From assembly GCA_963773945.1 (NCBI GenBank), contig CAVZDD010000003.1, forward strand, positions 209,816-273,815: 64,000 nt of DNA. The letters are read 5' to 3'. The position numbers and the translations under genes were made by a program. A model generated the notes under the pieces. It worked only from the letters and a program-made list of their open reading frames with translations. It searched no databases and was not told the origin of the DNA. Source of the DNA: an uncultured Thermoplasmata archaeon (GTDB lineage Archaea; Thermoplasmatota; Thermoplasmata; Lutacidiplasmatales; UBA184). This document shows, piece after piece, positions 47,921-57,423 of this stretch. Position 1 is the first letter of the stretch. The number at the start of each line of letters is the position of its first letter.

Positions 47921-49628
47921 CCGCCGCCGCCGAGAGCGGCGGAGTGCTCGCCGACCCGACGACACTCGCCCGAAGTTCCCGTCGCAGCACCTTCTGAACT
48001 CCGCTCCGCGGAAGGGCCGTCCGGAATTCGATCACGCGGGGCGCCTTGTAGTGGGCCACCCGCTCCCGCACGAACTGAATGAGCTCCTCCGCCGTGACAT
48101 TCGTCCTGGGCTTGGTCACCACGAACGCGTGCACGACCTCGCCCAGCTCCGCATCGGGCACACCGATCACCGCCGCATCCGCGACGGCCGGGTGCTGGAA
48201 CAGCACCTCCTCGACGTCGCGGGGATAGACCTTGAGGCCGCCGACGTTGATCAGGTCCTTCTTTCGGTCCACGATGAAGCAGTAACCGTCCGCGTCGATG
48301 TACGCGATGTCGCCGGTCCGGAACCAGCCGTCTTGCAAGACGTTCGCCGTCTCCTCGGGCTGATGGTAGTAGCCCAGCATCACCTGCGGGCCCCGGAGGC
48401 ACAATTCGCCCGCCTCCATCGGGGGCAGGACTTTGCGGCCTGTTTCGAGGTCGATAATCCGCTGGTCGGTGTTCGGCAACGGCAACCCGACGGAGCCGGC
48501 TCGACGCTCCCCTCGGATCGGGTTGGCGTGGGTGACGGGGGAAGTTTCGGAGAGACCGTATCCCTCCACCACGCTGCCCCCCGTATTCGCCTCGAATTGT
48601 TTGGCGACTTCGAGCGGAAGAGGGGCCGACCCGCTGAGACAGATCCGGATGGATCGGAGGTCGTACCGGTCGCGTTTGGGGTGGTGATTGATCCCGTTGT
48701 AGAGGGCCGGGACGCCCGGGAACTGGGTCGGGTGATATTTGTTGATGAGCTTCAGGATCTCGTCCACATCGGGGCGCGTCTCGAGCACGATCGTCGCGCC
48801 GGCGAGCAACGGGTAGGTCATCGCGACCGTCATGCCGTACACGTGGAAGTACGGGATCGAAGCGAGCACGACCTCTCGCTCCTGTGCCGCGACGTTGAAC
48901 CAAGCGGCGCACTGGAGCGCGTTCGCGACGAGGTTCCGATGCGTCAACATGGCGGCCTTGGGGACTCCGGTGGTTCCCCCGGTGTACTGGAGGACCGCGA
49001 CCTCCGTGGCGCCGTTCACCCGGACCGGGGGCGGCAGCCCAGGCGTCATGAGGGCGGGCTTCCATCGCCGGTAATGGGCGCCTTCGGGGAACCCCGTGGG
49101 CAGGCCCCGACGGCCGAGGACTCGGTTCACGAACAGGCGCTGGGGGAACGGGTATAGCTCGTGCAGCCCCGCCACGTACGTGAGCGGGGGCGTGATGCTC
49201 CAGTTGACCTTCTCGAGGTTGGGCCAGTGAATATTGAGGCAGAAAATCGCCTTCGGTTGGGCATCCCCCAGCAGCCGGTGGAGGTCTTGGCCGATGTAGA
49301 GCGGGCTCACCTGGACGACCGTCATGCCGGCGCGGAGCGCCGCGAAGTACGCGATCGGGTAGACCGGGCAGTTCGGAAGGTAGAGGGCCACGCGATCCCC
49401 GCGCTGGAGCCCCTCGTTGAGCAAGGCTTGGGCGAGGTGGCCCGAGGCTTCCCAGAACCGGCGGTAGGTCCACTTCGCCCCGTAGAAAATGAACGCCACG
49501 CGGTCCGGATGCTTGAGCACCGACTCCTGGACCAATTCCACGAGCGACCGGTCCGGAATGTCCAGGGTCGGCGGAACTCCGGGCGGATAGTGCTTCAGCC
49601 ATACCCGTTCGGAGGCGGCGTCGATCAC
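47901..49628 (-). CDS. fadD: Long-chain fatty acid--CoA ligase
   Basis: QYTGGTTGVPK, EGYGLSE, TGDIA, DRKKD. Confidence 0.93.
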   Translation of the reverse strand: MIDAASERVWLKHYPPGVPPTLDIPDRSLVELVQESVLKHPDRVAFIFYGAKWTYRRFWEASGHLAQALLNEGLQRGDRVALYLPNCPVYPIAYFAALRAGMTVVQVSPLYIGQDLHRLLGDAQPKAIFCLNIHWPNLEKVNWSITPPLTYVAGLHELYPFPQRLFVNRVLGRRGLPTGFPEGAHYRRWKPALMTPGLPPPVRVNGATEVAVLQYTGGTTGVPKAAMLTHRNLVANALQCAAWFNVAAQEREVVLASIPYFHVYGMTVAMTYPLLAGATIVLETRPDVDEILKLINKYHPTQFPGVPALYNGINHHPKRDRYDLRSIRICLSGSAPLPLEVAKQFEANTGGSVVEGYGLSETSPVTHANPIRGERRAGSVGLPLPNTDQRIIDLETGRKVLPPMEAGELCLRGPQVMLGYYHQPEETANVLQDGWFRTGDIAYIDADGYCFIVDRKKDLINVGGLKVYPRDVEEVLFQHPAVADAAVIGVPDAELGEVVHAFVVTKPRTNVTAEELIQFVRERVAHYKAPRVIEFRTALPRSGVQKVLRRELRASVVGSASTPPLSAAAATGPGR

Positions 49629-49669
49629 GGCACCTCGGCAGCGGATTCCCCGCTATCTCTCTATCGCCG

Positions 49670-50080
49670 TCAGGGCTTCGGAGCGCCGGCGTCTTTCTCG
49701 AACTGGACCCCCGGCTTGTACGACGCAACCCAACGCACGCGGTCCCCGATCGCGAGGTCCCCGACGGCCTTGACCGACGGCATCCATCCGCTGATCCGTC
49801 CCCCCTCGTCGAGCCCAACGAGGACGTAGGCGTACGGCGCATCGTTCACGAACTCGTCGGACGGCACGTTCTGAACCGTGTAGGCGACGACGACACCCTT
49901 CCCCGACAGGGGCAGCTCCGTCAGGTCGAGCTGACCACACCGGGGACAGCTCAAGCCCCACGTAACGGTCACGAAGCCGCAGCCCGACCGGAACCCGCGG
50001 AGCTTTTGCTCCTCCTCGTACCCGTGTTCGAACTCCTGGATCGTGTGGGCGGCGGATGGACCGGGGGACGGAGCGTGCAT
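49670..50080 (-). CDS. DUF35 Zn-ribbon/OB-fold thiolase partner
   Basis: SGC..CPRCG, SGKGVVVAYT, PYAYVLV.LDEG; directly after the thiolase. Confidence 0.88.
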   Translation of the reverse strand: MHAPSPGPSAAHTIQEFEHGYEEEQKLRGFRSGCGFVTVTWGLSCPRCGQLDLTELPLSGKGVVVAYTVQNVPSDEFVNDAPYAYVLVGLDEGGRISGWMPSVKAVGDLAIGDRVRWVASYKPGVQFEKDAGAPKP

Positions 50081-50094
50081 GGGGCTCTCTCTGC

Positions 50095-51252
50095 TTACCG
50101 CCGGCTGAAGATGTGGACCGACGCCGAGCTGCCGGTGGCCCCCACGTTGTGGGCCAGGGCGATGTTCGCCTTCGGGACCTGCCGGGCGCCCGCCAATCCG
50201 TTGAACTGCTCGAAGATCTCGACGACCTGGGAGGCTCCCGTCGCACTCACCGGGTGGCCCTTGGCTTTGAGCCCTCCCGAAGGATTGACCGGTAGTTTCC
50301 CATCGCGCGCCGTGAGCCCCTCGGCCGTGGCCTTTCCGGCTTCACCCCGGGGGAAGAACCCCATGTCTTCGAGGGCGACGAGCTCCGCGATGGTGAAACA
50401 GTCGTGGACCTCCATGAAATCGACCTGGCTCCGGTCGACATGCGCCTGCTGGAACGCAGCCGTCGAGGCGAGCTGGCTTGCCGGGAGTCCGGTGAGCTCC
50501 GGCCGGTCGTGCATGTCGGCGATGGATCCGGCACGGGTAGACGCCCGGATGACGAGGGGTACGGTGCGGGGGTTCGGGTACTTCTCCGCCGCCACGACCA
50601 CGAGGGCCGCGGCGCCGTCCGAGAACGGGCAACAATCGTAGAGCCGGAGCGGCGAGGCGATCACGGCCGAGTTCAGGTAGGTGTCCATCGAAATGGGTTT
50701 CTGGAAATGGGCGTGAGGGTTGAGCGCAGCGTTCGCGTGGTTCTTGACCGCCACGCCCCCGAGCTGCTCCGCTTGGGTCCCGTAGCGCCGCATGTGGGCG
50801 TTCGCGATGGTTGCGTAGAGTCCCGGAAAGGTCGCGCCGTTGTGCGATTCGAACGGGTAGTCCGCTCCCATCGCGAAGTAGCTGGTCGCATTCAGCGTGT
50901 CCAGATGAGAGAGTTTCTCGACGCCCACCACGAGGGCGGCGTCGCGGAAACCTCCGGCGACATGGACGTAGGCCTCATGCAAGGCGGCGCTCGACGAGGA
51001 ACAGGCCGATTCGATGGTGCAGGAAGGAACCTCGGGGATTCCGAGAGCGGTGTTGATTAAGGGACCCACATGGGCCTGCTTCTCCGCCACTCCGAATGCG
51101 TTGGCGACGAACGTGTAGCCGATATCCTTCGGCTCGATGCCCGCGATCTGGATTGCTTCGAGGGCTACTCGAGACGCGGCTTCCCGGCCGGTCTCCTTCA
51201 TCTTACCGAAACGGTTGCTGGCTGCTCCCAAAACCCAAGCCTCTCTCGTCAT
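50095..51252 (-). CDS. Archaeal/SCP-x-type thiolase
   Basis: ESACSSS, SDGAAA, EVHDCFT, NPSGGLKAKGHP, HNVG. Confidence 0.93.
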   Translation of the reverse strand: MTREAWVLGAASNRFGKMKETGREAASRVALEAIQIAGIEPKDIGYTFVANAFGVAEKQAHVGPLINTALGIPEVPSCTIESACSSSSAALHEAYVHVAGGFRDAALVVGVEKLSHLDTLNATSYFAMGADYPFESHNGATFPGLYATIANAHMRRYGTQAEQLGGVAVKNHANAALNPHAHFQKPISMDTYLNSAVIASPLRLYDCCPFSDGAAALVVVAAEKYPNPRTVPLVIRASTRAGSIADMHDRPELTGLPASQLASTAAFQQAHVDRSQVDFMEVHDCFTIAELVALEDMGFFPRGEAGKATAEGLTARDGKLPVNPSGGLKAKGHPVSATGASQVVEIFEQFNGLAGARQVPKANIALAHNVGATGSSASVHIFSRR

Positions 51253-51331
51253 GGTCCGGCTCCCCGCTTCCTACAACCTACGCCTCCATAACAGTTCTCG
51301 GACGGGTTCGCCACCCGATCCGGGCGCGGGT

Positions 51332-51616
51332 CTACTTCCCAGGGTCGACCGAAGGCAGATCGAGAAATCTGCGGAGGCGTTCGAAGATGGCGGCCGCCTC
51401 GGAGGTATCTTTGGTCTTGATCAGGACCCGGCCGTCCCGACTCAGAGTGACTTCCCGCCCGAGCTGGGCGATCAACATCACCCGGGCATCGACCACCGGG
51501 ATATCGTGGGCCTCCAGCGTCCCCTTCATCCGGCGCAGATCGAGCGACAGTCGGGGAGCGGGAACCGCCTCGAACGCCCCTCCCCCGGCGCAGAGTCGCA
51601 GCGAGTAGTATCCCAC
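51332..51616 (-). CDS. Hypothetical 94-aa protein resembling the C-terminal TBP-like domain of ThiF/MoeB proteins
   Basis: LC..A...LDL...VTL..DGRVLIK...A..IF pattern. Confidence 0.55.
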   Translation of the reverse strand: MGYYSLRLCAGGGAFEAVPAPRLSLDLRRMKGTLEAHDIPVVDARVMLIAQLGREVTLSRDGRVLIKTKDTSEAAAIFERLRRFLDLPSVDPGK

Positions 51617-51650
51617 GGTCCGGGAGGTCCTCCGCCGATGGGGAACGGGA

Positions 51651-52277
51651 TTACATCACGACCGCGCGGCGGACGCACTCGTCGACGATCTGGTCGACGT
51701 CGATTCGATCCTCTTCCTGGAGGATTTGTACCAGGTTCGTCCGGGTGGCCGGCTTGTCGGGCACGGCCTGACAGCATAGTCCAGGCCGGGTCGAGATGCC
51801 GTACGTGCCGATGGACTTCGCCACCGCCTCGATCTCCTGTTTGTCGAACCCGATGAGGGGTCGAACGATCGGTAGGTGGACCGAGGCCGTAGCGGAGCGC
51901 ATGTTGCTCAACGTCTGCGAGGCGACTTGGCCGAGGGCCTCCCCGGTGACGAGGAACGACGCCACCTCCCGCTCGGCGATCTTTTCGGCGGACCGCCACA
52001 TGAACCGTCGGCACATCACGCACCCGACGTGGCGGTCGGTGTTGCGCATGAGGGTGATCTGGGTCGGTCCGTGCGGCAGCACGTACAGAGGGACTTTACG
52101 ACCGAAGGCGGTCTCGAGCGCTCGCAAGTGGTCCACGACCTTCTCGAGCGGCGAATCGTCCGTGAACGGCCGGTTGTCCATGTGCACCGCGACCATGTCG
52201 TGGCCCTGGCGCAGCATGTAGTAGAGCGCGACGGGCGAGTCGATCCCTCCGCTCATCAACATTACGCCGCGACTCAT
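51651..52277 (-). CDS. thiI: ThiI-like tRNA sulfurtransferase, catalytic domain only
   Basis: MSGGIDSPVA PP-loop at the N-terminus, CVMCRR, TGEALGQVASQTL, RPLIGFDK, CC. Confidence 0.85.
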   Translation of the reverse strand: MSRGVMLMSGGIDSPVALYYMLRQGHDMVAVHMDNRPFTDDSPLEKVVDHLRALETAFGRKVPLYVLPHGPTQITLMRNTDRHVGCVMCRRFMWRSAEKIAEREVASFLVTGEALGQVASQTLSNMRSATASVHLPIVRPLIGFDKQEIEAVAKSIGTYGISTRPGLCCQAVPDKPATRTNLVQILQEEDRIDVDQIVDECVRRAVVM

Positions 52278-52350
52278 CGGGGAAACGGAGCGGAGCCGCC
52301 GTATTTGACGATGCGCCCGCGTGCGACTCCGCGTTAAATAGCGCACGCCG

Positions 52351-53175
52351 GTGAACGCCCGCGTGCCCGAACCGGTCTCGCCCCCGATCGCTCTCTACGT
52401 GCGAGAAGAGGGAACCGGAGACCCCGTCCTCCTGCTGCACGGATTGGGAGGAGACCACACGGTCTGGGATTTCCAGATCCCCCAGCTCGCCCGGTTGTAC
52501 CGAATTCTGGCGCCGGACCTTCGGGGCCATGGACGGTCGCCGCTCCTGGAAGGGGCCCGGTACTCCTTTGCGGAGTTCGAAGGGGACGTCCTCAAGCTGC
52601 TCGAGGACCGACAGATTGGGTCCGCCCACGTGGTGGGACTCAGCGGCGGGGGTCTCCTGGCGCTACGGCTCGTCGTAGACCACCCGGACCACGTACGGAG
52701 CCTCGCCGTGCTTGGTGCGATGGGTCACATGGACAACCACACGCGCGCCGTCGGGCAGAGCTGGGCCGAGACCCTCCGGGATGAGGGCCCGGCCGCCTAC
52801 TCGGCACGGCTCACCCGGGACCTCTTCGCTCCCGATTGGCTCGAGGCGCATTTAGACCTCGCCGAACAGATCGCCAAATCTCAGGAGGAGCGGAACCTGA
52901 AAGGCGTCGTTCAGTGGGCGCTCGCGATGACCGATTTTGACGTTCGGTCCCGGCTCGGTCGCGTCAAGACGCCCACGCTCATCATGCACGGGTTGGACGA
53001 CGGCGTGGTGGATCCATCGCACGCCCGACTGATGCGTCAGGCGATCCTGGGCGCGGAGGTCCGTCTGTTCCCGAACACCGGACATCTCATCCCGATCGAA
53101 CGCCCCGACGAGACGGCGCAGATTCTCCTCGATTGGCTGGGCCGCCAGTCGAAACCGACGCCCACTCCGGCCTGA
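52351..53175 (+). CDS. Alpha/beta hydrolase
   Basis: LLHG, DLRGHG, GLSGG nucleophile elbow, GH. Confidence 0.9.
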   Translation: MNARVPEPVSPPIALYVREEGTGDPVLLLHGLGGDHTVWDFQIPQLARLYRILAPDLRGHGRSPLLEGARYSFAEFEGDVLKLLEDRQIGSAHVVGLSGGGLLALRLVVDHPDHVRSLAVLGAMGHMDNHTRAVGQSWAETLRDEGPAAYSARLTRDLFAPDWLEAHLDLAEQIAKSQEERNLKGVVQWALAMTDFDVRSRLGRVKTPTLIMHGLDDGVVDPSHARLMRQAILGAEVRLFPNTGHLIPIERPDETAQILLDWLGRQSKPTPTPA

Positions 53176-53221
53176 CGGTCGCCGATAAGAACGTCCGTGG
53201 CCTCTCCCTCGAGGGATACGT

Positions 53222-53395
53222 ATGGCCGGACCGTCCGTTCAGCAACTCCAGGCCCGCATCGCGCAACTCGAACGTCAAGTCGCCGACTTGACCCAGCGCC
53301 TCGCAATGTACGAGAAGGGCGACCGGCCTCGACAGGAGAATCCGGTCGACCGAAAGACCATCCAAGAGAAGGTCGTCTACGACTGGCAGTCGTGA
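53222..53395 (+). CDS. Small coiled-coil protein (57 aa, below ORF-track cutoff)
   Basis: MAGPSVQQLQARIAQLERQVADLTQRLAMYEKGDRPRQENPVDRKTIQEKVVYDWQS; GAGG upstream; GTGA overlap with the Nudix gene. Confidence 0.7.
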   Translation: MAGPSVQQLQARIAQLERQVADLTQRLAMYEKGDRPRQENPVDRKTIQEKVVYDWQS

Positions 53396-54039
53396 CCGGC
53401 ATCGACACCGAGACCCCCGACGCGACCGCCCTACTCCAGACTCGTCTCGCGACGCTTCCCGAAGTCCCGCTTGCGACGGACCGGGCTGATGCCGCTGTCC
53501 TGATCCTGCTCCGTTCTGGGCCCGAGGGCCTGGAAGTGTTGGCGGAACAGCGCGCGGAACGCGCCGGTGACCCGTGGTCCGGCCATGTGGGCCTCCCCGG
53601 TGGACGTGCGAACCCCGCGGACCATTCGATGCAGGAGACTGCCCTGCGGGAACTCCGGGAGGAAGTTGGAATTCTTCCCGAAGCCCTCGATGGGCCCCCC
53701 GGACTCTTCGACGTACGCCGCGCCCGACCGTCGGGCCTCCGCGTGGCGGTATTCGCGGGTCGACTGATCGTGCCGCCCCAGGGGACCACTCGGATCGACC
53801 CCAAGGAGGTTGCCGGGACGTTCTGGTTTCCCCTTTCGGCGCTCCATCGCGTCGAGACCCGGCCCCGTTCCACGTTGTTCGGCGAGATCAATGTCGAGAC
53901 CGTCCCCTTCGCAAGCCACGTCGTCTGGGGGTTCACCCTCCGTGTGTTGCGAGACTTCGAGGCATGGCTACGCGGGGGCGAAGCGGGGGCCCCGGATTCC
54001 CCGGGAGAATTGCAGCGCTGGCGGAGCCAAGCCTTCTGA
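53392..54039 (+). CDS. Nudix hydrolase, CoA pyrophosphatase (NudL/PCD1-like)
   Basis: AAVLILL, WSGHVGLPGG, ETALRELREEVG, VWGFTLR. Confidence 0.9.
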   Translation: MTGIDTETPDATALLQTRLATLPEVPLATDRADAAVLILLRSGPEGLEVLAEQRAERAGDPWSGHVGLPGGRANPADHSMQETALRELREEVGILPEALDGPPGLFDVRRARPSGLRVAVFAGRLIVPPQGTTRIDPKEVAGTFWFPLSALHRVETRPRSTLFGEINVETVPFASHVVWGFTLRVLRDFEAWLRGGEAGAPDSPGELQRWRSQAF

Positions 54040-54110
54040 ATCAGCCGGCATGGGAGTACCGGCGACGCTCGGCCGGGCCCACTGAACGTGGCCAAAAGCT
54101 AAAGCAACAG

Positions 54111-54130
54111 TATATATACCCTATTTAAAT
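54111..54130 (+). promoter_or_regulatory. Tandem TATA elements upstream of tbp
   Basis: TATATATA (54111-54118) and TATTTAAAT (54122-54130), preceded by an A-rich BRE-like stretch. Confidence 0.65.
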
Positions 54131-54148
54131 GGAAGCCGCGGGGATTTC

Positions 54149-54697
54149 ATGCCTAAGATTCGTATCGAGAACGTCGTTGCCTCGACTTCGCTCGGGGATG
54201 AGCTGGACCTCCAGTCGATCGCCTTGGGTCTGGACGGCGCCGAGTATGAGCCCGAGCAGTTCCCGGGGCTGATTTACCGGCTCAAGCAGCCGAAGACCGC
54301 GATCCTCCTCTTCCGTTCCGGCAAGGTCGTTTGCACCGGCGCGAAGAGCATGAACGAGGTCGAGCAGTCTATCCTCACCGTTTCCCAACAAATCAAAAAG
54401 GGGGGCCAGAAGATCAACATGCACCCGCGGATCGAGGTGCAGAACATCGTGGCCAGCTCGGATCTCGGTTCCGAGATCAATCTCAACGCCATCGCCGTCA
54501 CCCTGGGACTGGACCGGGTCGAGTACGAGCCCGAGCAGTTCCCCGGACTGGTCTGCCGGATCGAAGAGCCCCGCGTTGTGGTGCTACTCTTCGGGAGCGG
54601 CAAACTCGTCTGCACCGGGGCGCGGAAGCCGTCCGACGTCGAGCTCGCGGTGAACAAGATTACCGAAGAGCTTCGCGGCGCCGGATTGCTACGGTAG
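54149..54697 (+). CDS. tbp: TATA-box-binding protein
   Basis: Two repeats NVVAS...YEPEQFPGL...LFxSGKxVCTGA. Confidence 0.98.
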   Translation: MPKIRIENVVASTSLGDELDLQSIALGLDGAEYEPEQFPGLIYRLKQPKTAILLFRSGKVVCTGAKSMNEVEQSILTVSQQIKKGGQKINMHPRIEVQNIVASSDLGSEINLNAIAVTLGLDRVEYEPEQFPGLVCRIEEPRVVVLLFGSGKLVCTGARKPSDVELAVNKITEELRGAGLLR

Positions 54698-54714
54698 GTC
54701 CCTCGGGCGGCGGC

Positions 54715-55587
54715 GTGTCGCTCCCGGCCGACCTGCCGGTCGTCGACCACCACTGCCATCTTTCGCCCGGGGGCGAGGGCGTCGAGGCGGCGCGCCGCTT
54801 CCACCGGGAGGGCGGGTCGCACCTCTTCCTCACAACGCACAACTGGGACCATCGCCCGCTTCGGTCGGTCGCGGACTATCAGGCGCAGTTCGAGAGCATC
54901 GAGCAGTTGGGCCACCGTATCCGGAGCGAGACCCCCGTGACGACCTCCCTCGTAGTGGCACCGTATCCGGTCGACCTCCTCGGACTGGCCGACGCACTCG
55001 GTCTCGCGAAAGCCGTCGAGATTCAGATGCAGGGTCTCGATCTCGCGGGCCAATGGGTCCGCGACCATCGAGCGGTTGCCCTCGGCGAAGTGGGCTGGCC
55101 CCACTTCGCTATCGCCGAGGATCGAGGGACCGCCGCACGAGGGATCTTCCGACATGCGCTCGAGGTGGCCCACGACGTGGGATGCCCGGCCGTGGTCCAC
55201 TGCGAGGACCTTACGCCCGAGGGATACCAGTCGCTCAGTGAGGTCGCCCGAGCTACGGGACTGGCCGCGGATCGAGTCGTGAAGCACTATGCCCGAACCT
55301 TCGTTCCCGCGACCGCGAGGTCCGGTGTCACTCCGTCTTTCCTCGCCAAGAAGGAGTGCGTCGCGGCGGCGCTGGACGACCGCGGCCCGTGGTTTCTCGA
55401 GACCGACTTTCTCGATGACCCTCGTCGGCCGGGAGCGGTGCTCGATATCGCCACCGTCCCTCGACGGGCCGCCCAGATTGCCCGAGACCATCCCGGGTTG
55501 CTGGATCGGCTCCGGATTCCGTTCGTAGAGTCGGTTCAAAAGCTCTACGGTTTCACCCCGGTCCGACGGGCGGAGACCTCCGCATGA
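54715..55587 (+). CDS. TatD-family metal-dependent hydrolase (archaeal COG1831 type)
   Basis: DHHCH, LGEVGWPH, VHCE, VKHY, ETDFLDDPRRPGAVL. Confidence 0.88.
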   Translation: MSLPADLPVVDHHCHLSPGGEGVEAARRFHREGGSHLFLTTHNWDHRPLRSVADYQAQFESIEQLGHRIRSETPVTTSLVVAPYPVDLLGLADALGLAKAVEIQMQGLDLAGQWVRDHRAVALGEVGWPHFAIAEDRGTAARGIFRHALEVAHDVGCPAVVHCEDLTPEGYQSLSEVARATGLAADRVVKHYARTFVPATARSGVTPSFLAKKECVAAALDDRGPWFLETDFLDDPRRPGAVLDIATVPRRAAQIARDHPGLLDRLRIPFVESVQKLYGFTPVRRAETSA

Positions 55588-56207
55588 AGACGAGCCGACG
55601 TGGGGTGCTGGTGGCCATCGAAGGAATCGATGGAACCGGAAAGACGACCCTTCAACGCGGGCTCGGGCGGGCTTGGCGCAGGCGAAAACTGAGGGTAGTC
55701 GAGTTCCAAGAGCCCTCTCGCGGTCCGTCCGGCCTCCGAGCCCGACGCTCCTCAGGGAAGGACCCCTGGATGGCTGCGCTGGCCTTCACCGACGACCGGC
55801 GACACCAACGTCCACGAGTGGACCGGGCTCTCCGTAGCGGTGCCATCGTCCTCCTGGATCGTTCCCTCTATTCCACCCTCGCGTACCAAGGGAGTGCGCT
55901 GCCGGCGGCTCGGCGGCGGGAACTCGAGCGATTGCAATCGGACGCGACCACCCTCCCCGACCGAGTGGTCCTGCTGGACCTTCCGTTGCGCGTTGCCGAG
56001 AGGCGAATGCAGGATCGAGGGGGGGCCCGAGCGCCGACCGAGCATCGGGAGGTCCTTCGACGAGCTTCCCGGGCGTACCGTCAGCTTGCGCGGAAACTTG
56101 GATGGATCGTGTTGGACGCCCGGAATGGCGCAGAAGAACTCCTGGCCGAGCTCGACCGGCGGCTGACCCCGTGGGTACTCCGGCATGCGACTCGGGAGCG
56201 AACTTAA
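55584..56207 (+). CDS. tmk: Thymidylate kinase
   Basis: IEGIDGTGKTT, EP, DRR.H, LDRSLYSTLAYQ. Confidence 0.92.
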   Translation: MKTSRRGVLVAIEGIDGTGKTTLQRGLGRAWRRRKLRVVEFQEPSRGPSGLRARRSSGKDPWMAALAFTDDRRHQRPRVDRALRSGAIVLLDRSLYSTLAYQGSALPAARRRELERLQSDATTLPDRVVLLDLPLRVAERRMQDRGGARAPTEHREVLRRASRAYRQLARKLGWIVLDARNGAEELLAELDRRLTPWVLRHATRERT

Positions 56208-56241
56208 TCCCCCAGAGGATTCCCCGGTCGAATCCCCCACC

Positions 56242-57390
56242 ATGCCGACGATCCTGGTCCGCGAGGAGACGCTCGATCCCGGGTTCGTCCCTCCGACGCT
56301 TCCAGGACGGGAACGCGAGTACAAAGTCCTCGAGGAGCGATACCGGACTCGACTCAGTCGCGGCGTTCCGTACCATACACTGGTCACCGGCGGTGTAGGG
56401 AGCGGCAAGACCGCGCTCGCCCGCCGGCTCTCGGAGGACTTGCAGAAGCGGGTGAAGATCGGGGGTCTCACCATCCATCCGCTCTACGTGAACTGTTGGC
56501 GCCGGGCCAGCGACCGGACGGTGCTCCTCGACCTGCTCCGCGGAGTCGGCGTCTCGCTCCCCGATCGGGGCTACGGACTCTCCGAGATGCTCGACGTCTT
56601 CGAGCAGGGAATCCGCCGCGACCCGCGACACTTGCTGATCGTCCTCGACGAGGTCGGCGCCCTCGTTCGCCAGGGGACCAAACTGGTGTACCTGTTGTCC
56701 CGGGCGCATGAGGTAGGGCTCGGCTCCATCTCGCTCCTCTTGATCGCCCCCGACGACATTCTGCCCTTCCTCGACACCGCGAGCCGGTCCAGCTTCGGCG
56801 TCACCCACCGGCTTCACCTCGCGCCGTACGACGTCGGCCAGCTCGAGGTGCTGGTATCGGCCCGGGCCAAGCTCGCTTTGCGCCCGGGCAGCTATACCCC
56901 GGACGTTCTCGCCCAAGTCGCGCGCGCGGCCGGCAGCGCGGGGGATGCCCGGTTCGCTCTCGAGGTACTTTCGAGCGCGGCGCAGGCCGCCGAATCCGCC
57001 GGACGTGCCGAGATCACGCCGGAGGATGTACGGGCAGCCAAAGGTTCGATCGCGCCGACCCTTACCGAGGAGAAACTGACCGGACTTTCGGACACGGCCC
57101 TCCTGGTCCTGCTCGGCCTGGCCCGGTCGCTCAAGGGGCCGCGTAGCAACGCGACCACGGAGAAGGTTCGACAGGCCTACGCCGTCGTCGCAGAGGAGCA
57201 TGGGGCGAAGCCGATGAGCCGCGTCACCTTCTGGCGCACCGTCAAGGAGCTGGAACGCGACGGCCTGGTGGACGTGGAAGCCGCCTCCGCGGGGCAATCC
57301 GCCCGACTCGCCATGAACGAGCTCCCCGCCAGCACCCTCGAGCTCCTGGTCGAGGAGCGGGTCCAGCCTCCGCGCTCTCGGAAACGCTAA
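56242..57390 (+). CDS. cdc6: Cdc6/Orc1 family AAA+ replication initiator
   Basis: LDPGFVP.TLPGRE, GGVGSGKT, YVNC, VLDEV, GDARFAL, C-terminal wHTH. Confidence 0.9.
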   Translation: MPTILVREETLDPGFVPPTLPGREREYKVLEERYRTRLSRGVPYHTLVTGGVGSGKTALARRLSEDLQKRVKIGGLTIHPLYVNCWRRASDRTVLLDLLRGVGVSLPDRGYGLSEMLDVFEQGIRRDPRHLLIVLDEVGALVRQGTKLVYLLSRAHEVGLGSISLLLIAPDDILPFLDTASRSSFGVTHRLHLAPYDVGQLEVLVSARAKLALRPGSYTPDVLAQVARAAGSAGDARFALEVLSSAAQAAESAGRAEITPEDVRAAKGSIAPTLTEEKLTGLSDTALLVLLGLARSLKGPRSNATTEKVRQAYAVVAEEHGAKPMSRVTFWRTVKELERDGLVDVEAASAGQSARLAMNELPASTLELLVEERVQPPRSRKR

Positions 57391-57423
57391 AGGAGACCTC
57401 CCGCTCGCAGCGGCCCGGGGCCC

